Virus record (IMG/VR): IMGVR_UViG_3300025436_000002
Location: 1 to 64,000 of that record
Length of the DNA stretch: 64,000 bases
Source: a virus
Direction: 5' to 3' (one strand)
Position 1 is the first letter of the stretch; the number at the start of each line of letters is the position of its first letter. The notes beneath the pieces were generated by a model. That model was not told the DNA's origin, ran no database searches, and worked only from the letters and a program-made list of their open reading frames with translations. The translations under genes and the position numbers were made by a program. Below, in pieces: positions 17,937-27,919 of this stretch.

Positions 17937-19331
17937 ATGGCTCAACCTAAAAAAATGATAAATGCCTTATGGGACGTACCTGATAATAAATGGAGTCTAA
18001 AAGAAGATTATCTAAATGAAGGTCAACAGAAGTCAGTAGTGGACGGTAAGAATATACTTGCTCTAGTTGAAGGAGTATTCTTTGTACCTAATGGAGTCTC
18101 TCGTAATGAAAGATACTATCCTAAGACATTTTGGGAATCAGTACTACAACAACCTGGTTTTGGGGAACGAATGAGTAGCCGACTACTTATGGGAACTATC
18201 GGACACTATGATAGGGAAGTTAATGAGGAGGACATATCTGAGGGAAGAGTATCCCACATAGTTACTAATCTATGGATTGCTGAAGATACTGGAATGGGAA
18301 TGGGTCAAGCTTTAATATTAGGAACTCCTGCTGGAAAAAACCTATACATGCTTATGAAAGCTGGGTGTAAGATAAAAACATCGTCAAGAGCTTCAGGAGA
18401 TTATAAACAAGACGAAGAATATAACGGAATGCCTATTGTAGATGAAAATGGTTATTGTCTAGAAACCTTTGATTTCGTAATAAATCCAGGTTTCTTAGAA
18501 ACTAACCCAGCATTATTAGAGAGTGTTAGCAAGATTAAAGAAAAAATGGAGACCGAAAACATGGAATTAGGAAAAGAACTATTAGAGTACATGAACAAAG
18601 AAAAAGCATCTGTAAATGAAGCTTATACTAAGTTAAGAGAGGATTTTGCAGTACTAGAATCTAAAAATGCAGATTTGAATGCAAAAGTTCTAGTGTTAGA
18701 ATCTATTCAAGAGGAATTAAGTAAAGCTAAGGAAGAGATTAAAAACATAACTGAGTCTACAAAAGAATTCAGCGTTATTAAGGAGGATTTGGAAGCTTAC
18801 AAACTTATAGGAGAAGCTAAAGAGATTAAAGAGAGCATTGACGAATCTACTAATCTTTTAGAAGCTTACTCTAAATTAGGAAAGCCTGAACAAATATCTA
18901 AATCTATCAAAGAAGCCAGAGAATACAAAAAATTTGGTTCAGTGGCAGACTTAGATGAAACTATCCCAATGGTAGAAGAGTTACTCGAAGAGTACGCTAA
19001 ACTTGGAACTTTAGAAGAAATAACAGAGATAGTAAGTTTATCCAAAGCAATGCTTGAAAAAAACAAACAAGAGAAGTTAGATGATTCAGTAATGAGAATA
19101 TCTAAAGCATACAGGACACCTGCCGAATACGTAAAAACTTTACTAGAAACTATAGGAGAAAAAGAAACAACTAGAATATTGGAGGAAGTAAACAAAACAA
19201 ATAAAGCAGTTATCAAGGAAGAGAAGACAGCTCCTAGAAAAGAAATAATAACTGAGTCAAAACCTTCAAGATTAAAAGAAACATCCTTAATTAGTGAGAT
19301 GTTCAGAAGTCATATGAGAGGTAATAAATAG
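17937..19331 (+). CDS. Prohead protease (gp21-like) fused to a coiled-coil scaffold
   Basis: SRNERYYP, GTIGH, RVSHIV, GTPAG, TSSRASG, FDFVINPGF, then about 260 aa of E/K-rich coiled coil. Confidence 0.85.
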   Translation: MAQPKKMINALWDVPDNKWSLKEDYLNEGQQKSVVDGKNILALVEGVFFVPNGVSRNERYYPKTFWESVLQQPGFGERMSSRLLMGTIGHYDREVNEEDISEGRVSHIVTNLWIAEDTGMGMGQALILGTPAGKNLYMLMKAGCKIKTSSRASGDYKQDEEYNGMPIVDENGYCLETFDFVINPGFLETNPALLESVSKIKEKMETENMELGKELLEYMNKEKASVNEAYTKLREDFAVLESKNADLNAKVLVLESIQEELSKAKEEIKNITESTKEFSVIKEDLEAYKLIGEAKEIKESIDESTNLLEAYSKLGKPEQISKSIKEAREYKKFGSVADLDETIPMVEELLEEYAKLGTLEEITEIVSLSKAMLEKNKQEKLDDSVMRISKAYRTPAEYVKTLLETIGEKETTRILEEVNKTNKAVIKEEKTAPRKEIITESKPSRLKETSLISEMFRSHMRGNK

Positions 19332-19412
19332 TAATCTTTATATTATAAATAGACAATTATTTAACAATATGTAAATACGTACTAGAGAAGAAACACAGGA
19401 GAGAATTTACAG

Positions 19413-20828
19413 ATGAGAAGTAACAAATCTGAAGACAAAGGATACAGGTTGGCGGATGCCTTTCTAAAAGTTCCTCAATACAAACCTTATTTTGATGCGT
19501 TGGAGGATTCCCCTCTTGCAAAAGTCAGACCTATTTCAAATACTGACGTTGTAATTTTGGGAAAACAATTTAGACAGTTTGAACAATACAAGAGAATGGT
19601 AAACGAAATTGGTACTATACGAGATTTAGGACAACTTCCTAAATATGCTTACGATGTTATCACAGCTAACTATGCAGCATCAATTATACCTCTTTTATCA
19701 TCAGTTCAACCTATCCCCTCTCAACAAGGTTTAGTATATTTCAAACAAATCAAAGCTAGAACAACTAGAGGTACTGTTACAACTGGTCAAATCTTAAGAA
19801 ACGCAACAGAAGCTCCAGAAGTTCAAGCAGTAGGTTTCGCAGGAGAGCATGTTGTTCAAAACTTAGGCTTACTTAATGCAGGACAACAAATTTACAACTT
19901 CAACTTAACTCCCGCTCCTGTTAGAGAAAGACAAGTAACTATCAAACTTTCTAAATATCCGACTCAGAAATTGATAGATGACGGCGAGGGTAATTTAGTT
20001 CCATCAGGCGGAGCTCTTGCAACAGGTATCATCAACTATTCAACAGGTCTTTGCACAGTAGAATTCATTCCAGTAATTGACGGTACTGAAACAGCATCAG
20101 CTGAATTTGCAACAGACTTTGAAGAAAGTGGCAACCTCCCAACTGTACAATCTGGGTACGATTCTACAGATGTAAGAGCCGAGTTGTTTGCTATCAGATC
20201 CGAAATGGGTATGATGAAAATGTACGAATTAAAGAAAACCTTTGGAAAAGAAGGCGAAACTGAGATGATCAATGACCTAACTCAAGAGATAAACGCTGAA
20301 TTAGGTAATACTCTTATCTCAAGAATGGCTGCTGCTTCTTTTGGTACTCCTATCGTATGGAACTCTGCACATGACGCTGGCATCTCCGAAGTAGAACACA
20401 AAATGGCATTTAGAAACAGAATCTCTGAAGCTGAGTCTAAAATCTACAGAGCAGCCGGTAGAGGTCAAGTTACTGCTATTGTATGTGGAGCTAAAGCTTC
20501 TCAACTATTCGACCAATTAGGTGGAGTATTCGAGAAAATAGGATTCGCATCTTCTGGACCTACTTTGTATGGTATGTACAACAAAAACACACCTGTTATC
20601 AGAGCAATCGACGTAGTTGGAGACAGTGATGTTTATTGCATTTACAAGGGAACAGGAAATTTCGACGCACCCGCAGTATATTGCCCATACATGCCTCTTG
20701 TTGTTAATGGCTCTTTACCAGTCCTTAACAATGTAATGAAGCATCAGGCATTTGCGGCTGTATGGTCGGCTATGAGAGTCGTCGTCAATCGCTTTATCAC
20801 TAAGATAGAGATAGGTGGCTTAGTATAA
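19413..20828 (+). CDS. Major capsid protein (gp23-like)
   Basis: VQPIPSQQGLVYF, LTQEINAEL, AVYCPYMPL; putative maturation site MVNE at residue 65. Confidence 0.9.
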   Translation: MRSNKSEDKGYRLADAFLKVPQYKPYFDALEDSPLAKVRPISNTDVVILGKQFRQFEQYKRMVNEIGTIRDLGQLPKYAYDVITANYAASIIPLLSSVQPIPSQQGLVYFKQIKARTTRGTVTTGQILRNATEAPEVQAVGFAGEHVVQNLGLLNAGQQIYNFNLTPAPVRERQVTIKLSKYPTQKLIDDGEGNLVPSGGALATGIINYSTGLCTVEFIPVIDGTETASAEFATDFEESGNLPTVQSGYDSTDVRAELFAIRSEMGMMKMYELKKTFGKEGETEMINDLTQEINAELGNTLISRMAAASFGTPIVWNSAHDAGISEVEHKMAFRNRISEAESKIYRAAGRGQVTAIVCGAKASQLFDQLGGVFEKIGFASSGPTLYGMYNKNTPVIRAIDVVGDSDVYCIYKGTGNFDAPAVYCPYMPLVVNGSLPVLNNVMKHQAFAAVWSAMRVVVNRFITKIEIGGLV

Positions 20829-20852
20829 CGATTTCAAAGTCTAATAGTTAGT

Positions 20853-20886
20853 AAAGAAGAGGGTTAATACCCTCTTCTTTTTATTT
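20853..20886 (+). terminator. Intrinsic terminator after MCP
   Basis: AAAGAAGAGGG-TTAATA-CCCTCTTCTTT followed by T-rich tail. Confidence 0.85.
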
Positions 20887-20891
20887 GAGTG

Positions 20892-20920
20892 TTGACATGT
20901 CCTTCCATATATGCTATAAT
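20892..20920 (+). promoter_or_regulatory. Sigma70-type promoter
   Basis: TTGACA-17 nt-TATAAT with extended TG. Confidence 0.85.
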
Positions 20921-20926
20921 ATGTTT

Positions 20927-21766
20927 ATGATGAAAATAGAAGTAGAAGAAATAATAAGACTATACATAGAAGACATGCTAGGTTGCCATGTTATAGGTAG
21001 AAGAGCAGGATTATCCTGTAATCAAATAGCTAGAATATTAAAAAAGAATGGCATTGTACTTAGGACACTAGCAGAGGGTCAAAGAAATAGAAGTGTTAAC
21101 AGCCTAAGATACACGAACGTAGATTTCTTCAAGAACATAAACATGGAAGAAAAAGCATACTGGTTAGGATTCATAGTGGCTGATGGGAGTGTGTCTAATA
21201 ACAAGATACATTCAAGATTAACAATAGGATTAAAACCTTCAGACAGATCACATCTTGAAAAAATAAATAAAATATTCAATGCAAGCCTAAAACTTTACCA
21301 AGGTAAGGAATACTTTCACTTAACGAATGTTTCGCTATGTGAAGATTTAATAAAACTAGGAGTAGTTCCAGATAAGACCCATAAAGATGATTATAATTTC
21401 ACGTTTGACAATCTATCTGATGAATTAAAAAGACATTATCTCAGAGGACTCTTTGACGGAGATGGAACAGTTTATTACATGGATAGGCAGGACTCACTAG
21501 GTTGTGGATTTATAGCTACTAAACAGTTCTCAGTGCAGATTAAAGATTACACGGAGTCTCTATTAGGGTTGACTAGTACTAAACTTAAACATTACGAATT
21601 CTATTCAACCTTTCAGTATAGATCAAAGAAAGATGTCAGTAAAATATTGAGTTATCTGTATGACAACTCAACTTTATATCTTGATAGAAAGTACAATCTA
21701 TATCAAGATAACAAACATCTCTTTGAGTATAAAAAACCTTCGAATCAATATCTTAAAGGTAACTAA
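20927..21766 (+). CDS. Free-standing LAGLIDADG homing endonuclease with N-terminal HTH
   Basis: AYWLGFIVADGSV and HYLRGLFDGDGTV; start reassigned downstream of the promoter. Confidence 0.85.
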   Translation: MMKIEVEEIIRLYIEDMLGCHVIGRRAGLSCNQIARILKKNGIVLRTLAEGQRNRSVNSLRYTNVDFFKNINMEEKAYWLGFIVADGSVSNNKIHSRLTIGLKPSDRSHLEKINKIFNASLKLYQGKEYFHLTNVSLCEDLIKLGVVPDKTHKDDYNFTFDNLSDELKRHYLRGLFDGDGTVYYMDRQDSLGCGFIATKQFSVQIKDYTESLLGLTSTKLKHYEFYSTFQYRSKKDVSKILSYLYDNSTLYLDRKYNLYQDNKHLFEYKKPSNQYLKGN

Positions 21767-21829
21767 TTATTTACATAAACTTGCATTATTCATGTATGTA
21801 TGCTATACTTAACATATAAGGAGATTTAC

Positions 21830-23419
21830 ATGGCTAAGCTTAAAAATATTATTAAAACTTTAGTAGGGGATATAGAAAGAGATGATAAGAATTTCTGGTC
21901 ATCTAAGTATGATGAGTATTTGATACTCGGAAGTACTGTTAAGTTATCCAAAGAGCTAGGCATGGATATTAGAATGTTAAGTTCTATATTTAAAGAGCAT
22001 GGGTTTTTAATATTAAAGTCAGCTGAATCAAGAACAGGCAAGCTAAAGAAAGATTTTATAGAAAGCACTAGTGGAATTAAGTACATGCTATTAGATACTT
22101 CGTTTTGGGATGGAGTATATAACATGTACACAACTCAAAACTACTCAGAGACAAGACTATCTGAGTACTTAGAGATATCAAGAAAACAATTAAGAAGAGC
22201 TTTTACTTTTCATAAATATGCTCCTAAGACTGGGGATCAGGTTAAGAATACCGTAGTAGAGTCTAGTAGTATCAAATACGGTTCAGGTATACCCTCTAAG
22301 AGCATGGAGGTACGGGAAAAAATAAGAAATTCACACCTAGCAAGAGTTATCCTAGATACAAGTCCTAGGTTTAATTCAGAAGAATATGAAATACTAGACG
22401 ATTACACTGGAACTAGGGTACAAGAGGGTGGAATTGTTCAGAGTTATAAGATATACAATTTCAAACATAGAAGATGTGGGGGAGTATTCCAAGACTCTCT
22501 GGATAGGAAGATAAGATGTCCTATTTGCTATGCCAACATATCTGTTCCAGAAAAAGACTACTCGTATTTTATAGATGAATTAGGGTTTAATACTGAAAAG
22601 TATCGATTACACCATGATAATGGAGATACTAGTAAGTTTAAAGAGATAGACATACTAATATCTAAGCTTAATATAGGGTTTGAGTATAATAGTAACACTT
22701 ACCACTCAGGTCAGTTTATGGACTCTGGATATCATAAAAATAAAACGGAGGTATGTCTAGCTAATAACATCCAGTTATATCATATATGGGAATACATGGA
22801 TAAGGATATAGTTAAAAGTAGAATAAGAAATATACTAGGACTGAATAACCTTAGAGTATATGCTAGAAATCTAGAAGTTAGAGAAGTACCTGTTGAGGAT
22901 CAAAAATCTTTCTATAAGTATAATCACTTATACGGATATTGTCCAAGTACCTTTACACTTGGATTATATAGTTCTGGAGACAGTTTAATAAGCTCTATGT
23001 CTTTTGTAGTAAAAGGAGATAGTATTGAATTAGTTAGGTACTGTAACATGAGGGATACTTCTATTGTCGGAGGATTCAGCAAGCTGTTGAAAAACAGTAT
23101 TAAGTATATTAAAGTTAATCGTATTAATGTGAAAGTAATAACTACCTTTGGGTATAGGGATTGGTGTCCAAATTACGAAGACTCTGTTTATTACAAGAAT
23201 GGATTTAAGTTTATATGCTATAATGTAGGCTCTCTTAGATACCTGAATAGTAGAAATAACCATGTGTCTAATAGGCAGAAGTATATGAAATATAAGCTAG
23301 AGAAGCTGTTTCCTGAAACATTTGATCCTCTTTTAACAGAACAGCAAATATTAGCTCTTAATAAGATATTCCCATTACATGATTCTGGAACAATAAAATT
23401 CACTTTGGACATATATTAA
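21830..23419 (+). CDS. Hef-like PD-(D/E)xK homing endonuclease with C-terminal GNAT-like domain
   Basis: HRRCG/CPIC zinc motif, EIDILISKLNIGFEYNSNTYH, YARNLEVREV...NHLYG...GGFSKLLK; own promoter 21781-21809. Confidence 0.75.
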   Translation: MAKLKNIIKTLVGDIERDDKNFWSSKYDEYLILGSTVKLSKELGMDIRMLSSIFKEHGFLILKSAESRTGKLKKDFIESTSGIKYMLLDTSFWDGVYNMYTTQNYSETRLSEYLEISRKQLRRAFTFHKYAPKTGDQVKNTVVESSSIKYGSGIPSKSMEVREKIRNSHLARVILDTSPRFNSEEYEILDDYTGTRVQEGGIVQSYKIYNFKHRRCGGVFQDSLDRKIRCPICYANISVPEKDYSYFIDELGFNTEKYRLHHDNGDTSKFKEIDILISKLNIGFEYNSNTYHSGQFMDSGYHKNKTEVCLANNIQLYHIWEYMDKDIVKSRIRNILGLNNLRVYARNLEVREVPVEDQKSFYKYNHLYGYCPSTFTLGLYSSGDSLISSMSFVVKGDSIELVRYCNMRDTSIVGGFSKLLKNSIKYIKVNRINVKVITTFGYRDWCPNYEDSVYYKNGFKFICYNVGSLRYLNSRNNHVSNRQKYMKYKLEKLFPETFDPLLTEQQILALNKIFPLHDSGTIKFTLDIY

Positions 23420-23530
23420 ATGTAACGAAATATTAAAAAGATTAAGCCTATGTATTGACTTAATCTTTTTGTCGTGCTATTCTAATTAGGTAAGGTTTAA
23501 TTTTAAAGAAATAAAGAAAGAAGGTTCACC

Positions 23531-23764
23531 ATGGCTTTAACTAAACTTCAAGAAACAACAATATCTGAATTGGTATCTCGAGTATCTGAATCAAATGATG
23601 TTCAATTTACAACTATTCTCGAAACTGCTTTTGATAACAAATGTGAGTTTGGACTAGAACTAATTAAATCTATAGCAAGATCTTCTGATAATATGAAAAT
23701 TAGATTAGTTAATCACCCACTATTTGAAGAGTTTGTAAACTCAAATATGGATACTTTAATATAG
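23531..23764 (+). CDS. Hypothetical protein
   Basis: 77 aa; own promoter TTGACT-17-TATTCT at 23455-23483. Confidence 0.6.
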   Translation: MALTKLQETTISELVSRVSESNDVQFTTILETAFDNKCEFGLELIKSIARSSDNMKIRLVNHPLFEEFVNSNMDTLI

Positions 23765-23827
23765 ACACTTGCAATTTAATACGAAGTATGCTATACTTAT
23801 ATAAAGGCAATACAGGAGAACCAGATA

Positions 23828-24397
23828 ATGACCAAATGCAAAAATAAGACAACTGTCAATTATATAAAAAATGATAGTATACAAATATTTAAGGATCATA
23901 TTCTTATATCTGAAAAAATGTACAATTATGTAGATAAGGCATATTCTGCATACTATGTAGAGAAAAGAGATAGATATTTTGAAGAAAAACCTGACTTTGC
24001 TAATTCTCACTACTCAGAAAAATTTGGCGTAAAAATAGAATGTCTGGATGATTTAAAAGTATTGGCTCGGAATAGAATACTGGAACTCTTAACTGATATT
24101 TTAGTATTATGTAAGGAGAACTCCTTTATTCCCAATAAAATAAGTATATGTTCGTTGCATTGTAGTTCTGAACAACAATTCTTTGTAGAAAATAAGAACG
24201 GTGGAGGTAAAATAGCAGGAGTTTGGGGTTGGTCAGATATTATCGAAGAGACTCCGTCTATAAAAATAGGAAAAATTAAATTAAAATATGAACATCAACA
24301 AGAAACTTTTTTAAACTCGTATAGGGATTGGGTTACTAAACCAAAAGAACACAGTTTAATTTTAGGAAAAGTTAAATTAGTAGAAGTAATAGAATAA
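23828..24397 (+). CDS. Hypothetical protein
   Basis: AGGAG RBS; own promoter TTGCAA-17-TATACT at 23769-23797. Confidence 0.65.
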   Translation: MTKCKNKTTVNYIKNDSIQIFKDHILISEKMYNYVDKAYSAYYVEKRDRYFEEKPDFANSHYSEKFGVKIECLDDLKVLARNRILELLTDILVLCKENSFIPNKISICSLHCSSEQQFFVENKNGGGKIAGVWGWSDIIEETPSIKIGKIKLKYEHQQETFLNSYRDWVTKPKEHSLILGKVKLVEVIE

Positions 24398-24524
24398 ACT
24401 CAGATTAAGATTATTTACAACAAGAAAGTCCAAACTTAATCGAGATTGAATTGTATTCATGGGCACTTGCAATTTGATATGAGGTATGCTATACTTATAT
24501 AGAGGTAATAAAGGATATTAAGAT

Positions 24525-24755
24525 ATGAAAAAGAATAACGGAAAAAAGACTTGGAAGAAATCTAAGAGAGATAGGAAACTAGTAAGGAGACAGGGAACTG
24601 TTTTACTTAAGATAGAGATTCCTAAGAATTACGTTGCATATATAAGAGAGTTAAGTCGTAAAACTAATAAGAGTATAGATAGTATACTTGATCATATTCT
24701 AAGGGGAGGCATGAATACAGCCAAAGAAGTTATAGAGAAAGATCAAGAGAAGTAA
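24525..24755 (+). CDS. Small basic protein, ribbon-helix-helix-like
   Basis: LKIEIPKNYVAYIRELSRKTNKSIDSILDHIL; own promoter 24467-24495. Confidence 0.5.
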   Translation: MKKNNGKKTWKKSKRDRKLVRRQGTVLLKIEIPKNYVAYIRELSRKTNKSIDSILDHILRGGMNTAKEVIEKDQEK

Positions 24756-24780
24756 TATATAGTGTAATAAGGAGATTTTA

Positions 24781-25374
24781 ATGCTTTATTTAGTAAACAA
24801 AACAAACACAGCTATAAAGTTAGCTTTCGCAACACATGTAGTAGATCTATTACCTTACGGACATTATGAAGTACTAGATAACTTCTTCCTACCAGAGATA
24901 CAGCAACTAGTATTAGTATATGATGGTAAGCTTGAGCTTGTAGACGATATAGCAGCCCATATTGAAGAGAAACAATCTAAACTTGAAAAAGATATTAAAG
25001 ATGTCATGGATAAAGCCGTAAACGATCTAACCAGACTACTAACCCTTGTAAGTAACGGAACAGGTATCCCTATAGACGTAACTAAAGATAAAATAAGACG
25101 CATGTTAAACTCTATAATCTCTCCTATAGTTGATGATGAGAAGAGGATTGAAGAGCTGTATGACTCTATTATTAAAGAGGTACCTCTTATAAAGTCAGAA
25201 CCTCTTCAAAAAATATTGATCATAAATAAAATAGCTATCCAGAATATAGTTACGTCTTTTAAGATAACAGATGAAAAGAAACTAGAGATAATTAAGAAAA
25301 TAGCGGATTCAGTATCAGTCCAGTATAGCTCCAGAGCAGGATTCAAAAGTATAGCAGAGAAGTTAATAGGGTAG
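24781..25374 (+). CDS. Hypothetical protein
   Basis: 197 aa, AAGGAG RBS, terminator at 25401-25432. Confidence 0.65.
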   Translation: MLYLVNKTNTAIKLAFATHVVDLLPYGHYEVLDNFFLPEIQQLVLVYDGKLELVDDIAAHIEEKQSKLEKDIKDVMDKAVNDLTRLLTLVSNGTGIPIDVTKDKIRRMLNSIISPIVDDEKRIEELYDSIIKEVPLIKSEPLQKILIINKIAIQNIVTSFKITDEKKLEIIKKIADSVSVQYSSRAGFKSIAEKLIG

Positions 25375-25497
25375 GACAAGGATAAAAACTAAATAATATC
25401 GAGACTGTTCTTAAATAGAGCAGTCTTTTTTTATATTTTAAGTATACGAACTCCCTAGGAGTTATAAGTATAAATTTAATATATAGGAGATATATAA

Positions 25498-26376
25498 ATG
25501 GTACTTCTCTTCGAGAACGCACTTGAAAACATACTTATCGAAACAGGTCAATTACTAATCCCAGCAGCAGCTTTAAAACTGGATGATGATAAATTAGAAA
25601 AGCTTTTCATAAGGGTGGCTAAGAAGTTACAAAATAAAAGACCTATAAGAGAGAATGCCAACTATGTAGTAACCTCAGACGGAATACATATAAAAGATGC
25701 CCTCTCTGTGTACGCACTACGTTATAAAATATACGATAACTGGGATAGAATTTCCCCGTCTATCAAAAGAAACCTCTGGTCGTTCGATAGAAATACAAGA
25801 GTATTAAGAAGTCTATTCAATTCCCCTTTCGTAGTATCTTATGGAAGAGAATACAAAATGGGACATGTTCCTATAACAGACGAGCCTCAATACACTATGG
25901 ATGATGAAGACGAGATAGATTTCTACATAAAAGCTTCATACAAAAAGGGCAGTTTCAAACTTACAAAAACTCATGTAGACGGTACTATTCCTCCAACAGA
26001 GATGGTGGAGATTTCGAGGTTAGGGAATACGGCAACACTTTCAGGAAGCATGGGAACTGGAACATTAGACTTAACTACTAAGAAAGTTTATATATACCTT
26101 ACAGATCTAGCTGAGGGAAATATAACCCCTACCTATGTGAATAAAAGAATAGCATGCTTAGATTTAGAAGAACATGACTTAGCTTTTATAACTTGGTTTA
26201 CGGCAGATTTCTTAAATTCTCTAGGAAGCCTAAAATATGCTGCAACTTTAGACCCTACTACAGGGATTCCATTTTCTTTACAGTCTGATACAGTGCTAGA
26301 GAGGGCAAGGCAGCTAGAAGATAATTTAACAGAATATTTGAAGAGTAACAGTTTTTGGTGGCAGTGGGGATTTTGA
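25498..26376 (+). CDS. Neck / head-tail adaptor protein (gp13-like)
   Basis: N-terminal LDDDKLE helix, C-terminal LERARQLEDNL...FWW pattern; late motif at 25430. Confidence 0.55.
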   Translation: MVLLFENALENILIETGQLLIPAAALKLDDDKLEKLFIRVAKKLQNKRPIRENANYVVTSDGIHIKDALSVYALRYKIYDNWDRISPSIKRNLWSFDRNTRVLRSLFNSPFVVSYGREYKMGHVPITDEPQYTMDDEDEIDFYIKASYKKGSFKLTKTHVDGTIPPTEMVEISRLGNTATLSGSMGTGTLDLTTKKVYIYLTDLAEGNITPTYVNKRIACLDLEEHDLAFITWFTADFLNSLGSLKYAATLDPTTGIPFSLQSDTVLERARQLEDNLTEYLKSNSFWWQWGF

Positions 26377-26476
26377 CGACTTTTATCGGACATTTATTTT
26401 AACATTTCTTTATATTATAATTAGATACACTAGATAATAAATGTAGTATGTGTTAGAGTTATATAAAGGAGAGGAT

Positions 26477-27226
26477 ATGTTAAATAAAAATAAGGAGTCA
26501 GGAATATACAGAATAACCAATCTAATAGATAATAAATACTATGTAGGAAGTTCTTCTAGATTAAGAAAAAGAAAACATGAGCACTTTAAGGATTTAGAGA
26601 ATAACAAACACTGTAACGATTATCTTCAAAATGCTTATAACAAGCATGGGAAAGAAAACTTTAAGTGGGAAGTTATTGAACATGTAGCACCTAGTGAAGA
26701 TGTAAAAGAATTTAAAAAAAGACTCCTTGATAGGGAACAGTATCACATGGACGAAGGTATAACTAAATCTGTATTGTATAATATACGCCCCACGGCAGAG
26801 AGTAGACTAGGTTCTGGAGCAGAACACTTCAAGACTGCATTAGGAGTGCTCCATAGCAAAGAAGATTGGGAACCTTATTATAACATGTACTTTAACGAGG
26901 GGAGCACTTTCAGAAGTCTCGGGAAGATACTAAATGTTTGTCATAAGGCTGTTAAGAAACAATTTGGATACTTCAACTTTAAGGTCATTGAGAACGGAGT
27001 GTATACCTCTAAGGGTTGGTTGGATAAAAAGGATATTGATGATTGGAAATGGGCACATGACATGTACATTGTAGAGGGAAAGTCTTTAAACTATCTGCAG
27101 ACTCATCTAAAGTTGGACAAGACTCACATAAAAGAAATATTTATAGGATTGGGTTTAGTTATAAAGGATAAAGTAAAGGTTATAGAAGACATGTCTGAAT
27201 ATCTCATCAACAGAAATAGGATTTAA
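26477..27226 (+). CDS. GIY-YIG homing endonuclease
   Basis: SGIYRITNLIDNKYYVGSS...LQNAYNKHG...REQ...YN. Confidence 0.85.
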   Translation: MLNKNKESGIYRITNLIDNKYYVGSSSRLRKRKHEHFKDLENNKHCNDYLQNAYNKHGKENFKWEVIEHVAPSEDVKEFKKRLLDREQYHMDEGITKSVLYNIRPTAESRLGSGAEHFKTALGVLHSKEDWEPYYNMYFNEGSTFRSLGKILNVCHKAVKKQFGYFNFKVIENGVYTSKGWLDKKDIDDWKWAHDMYIVEGKSLNYLQTHLKLDKTHIKEIFIGLGLVIKDKVKVIEDMSEYLINRNRI

Positions 27227-27271
27227 TTCTTTTATATTTTAAATGTAAGTAGTCCTAGGGAAATTCTAAAA

Positions 27272-27919
27272 GTGAACTTAGAGATTATAATATCAGCTAT
27301 ATTTTGTTTAATCTTAGGTATATCTATAACAGGTTATGGATTCTCTAGGGGAATTTCAGATTTTTTACCTAACTTCATAGCTGGATGGGGACAATTTTTC
27401 TTAGAATTGATTATAGGGTACTTTGTAGTGGATAAATTTATGAGTAGGCAAAAGAATAGACAATGGAATAAGGTAAGGAAGATGCATAATCAACTTCTAA
27501 AAGAATATCTAATGAAGATATTGATAAATTTCTGCGTTATATTCAACTACGTTAGTATAAATAAGAACCTATCCTATAAAAAAACTAAGAATATTAGTTT
27601 AAGTATTGAAGAGTTGATAAAAGAGATTAACTTTCTAGACTTTGATAACGAAAGAGAAGTTACAACAGATAAGTTTATAAGATATTACGAAGAGATCAAA
27701 GAGGATATTAAAGAAATAAGAACTTCTCAGGCTCCTGCAATACTTCAACATTCTAATAATCAAGAACTATGTAATAAACTGATAGAATTAGAACTACACT
27801 TAACAGAATTTAAAGATAATATAGTTAGATGTAAGCATTACAAAGCTAGTATAGATAATGAAAGAGTTATTAAAATATTCGAGACAATAAATATTATATT
27901 AGGAGAGTTGGATAAGTGA
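27272..27919 (+). CDS. Membrane protein with two N-terminal TM segments
   Basis: Two hydrophobic stretches in the first 55 aa; GTG start. Confidence 0.55.
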   Translation: MNLEIIISAIFCLILGISITGYGFSRGISDFLPNFIAGWGQFFLELIIGYFVVDKFMSRQKNRQWNKVRKMHNQLLKEYLMKILINFCVIFNYVSINKNLSYKKTKNISLSIEELIKEINFLDFDNEREVTTDKFIRYYEEIKEDIKEIRTSQAPAILQHSNNQELCNKLIELELHLTEFKDNIVRCKHYKASIDNERVIKIFETINIILGELDK

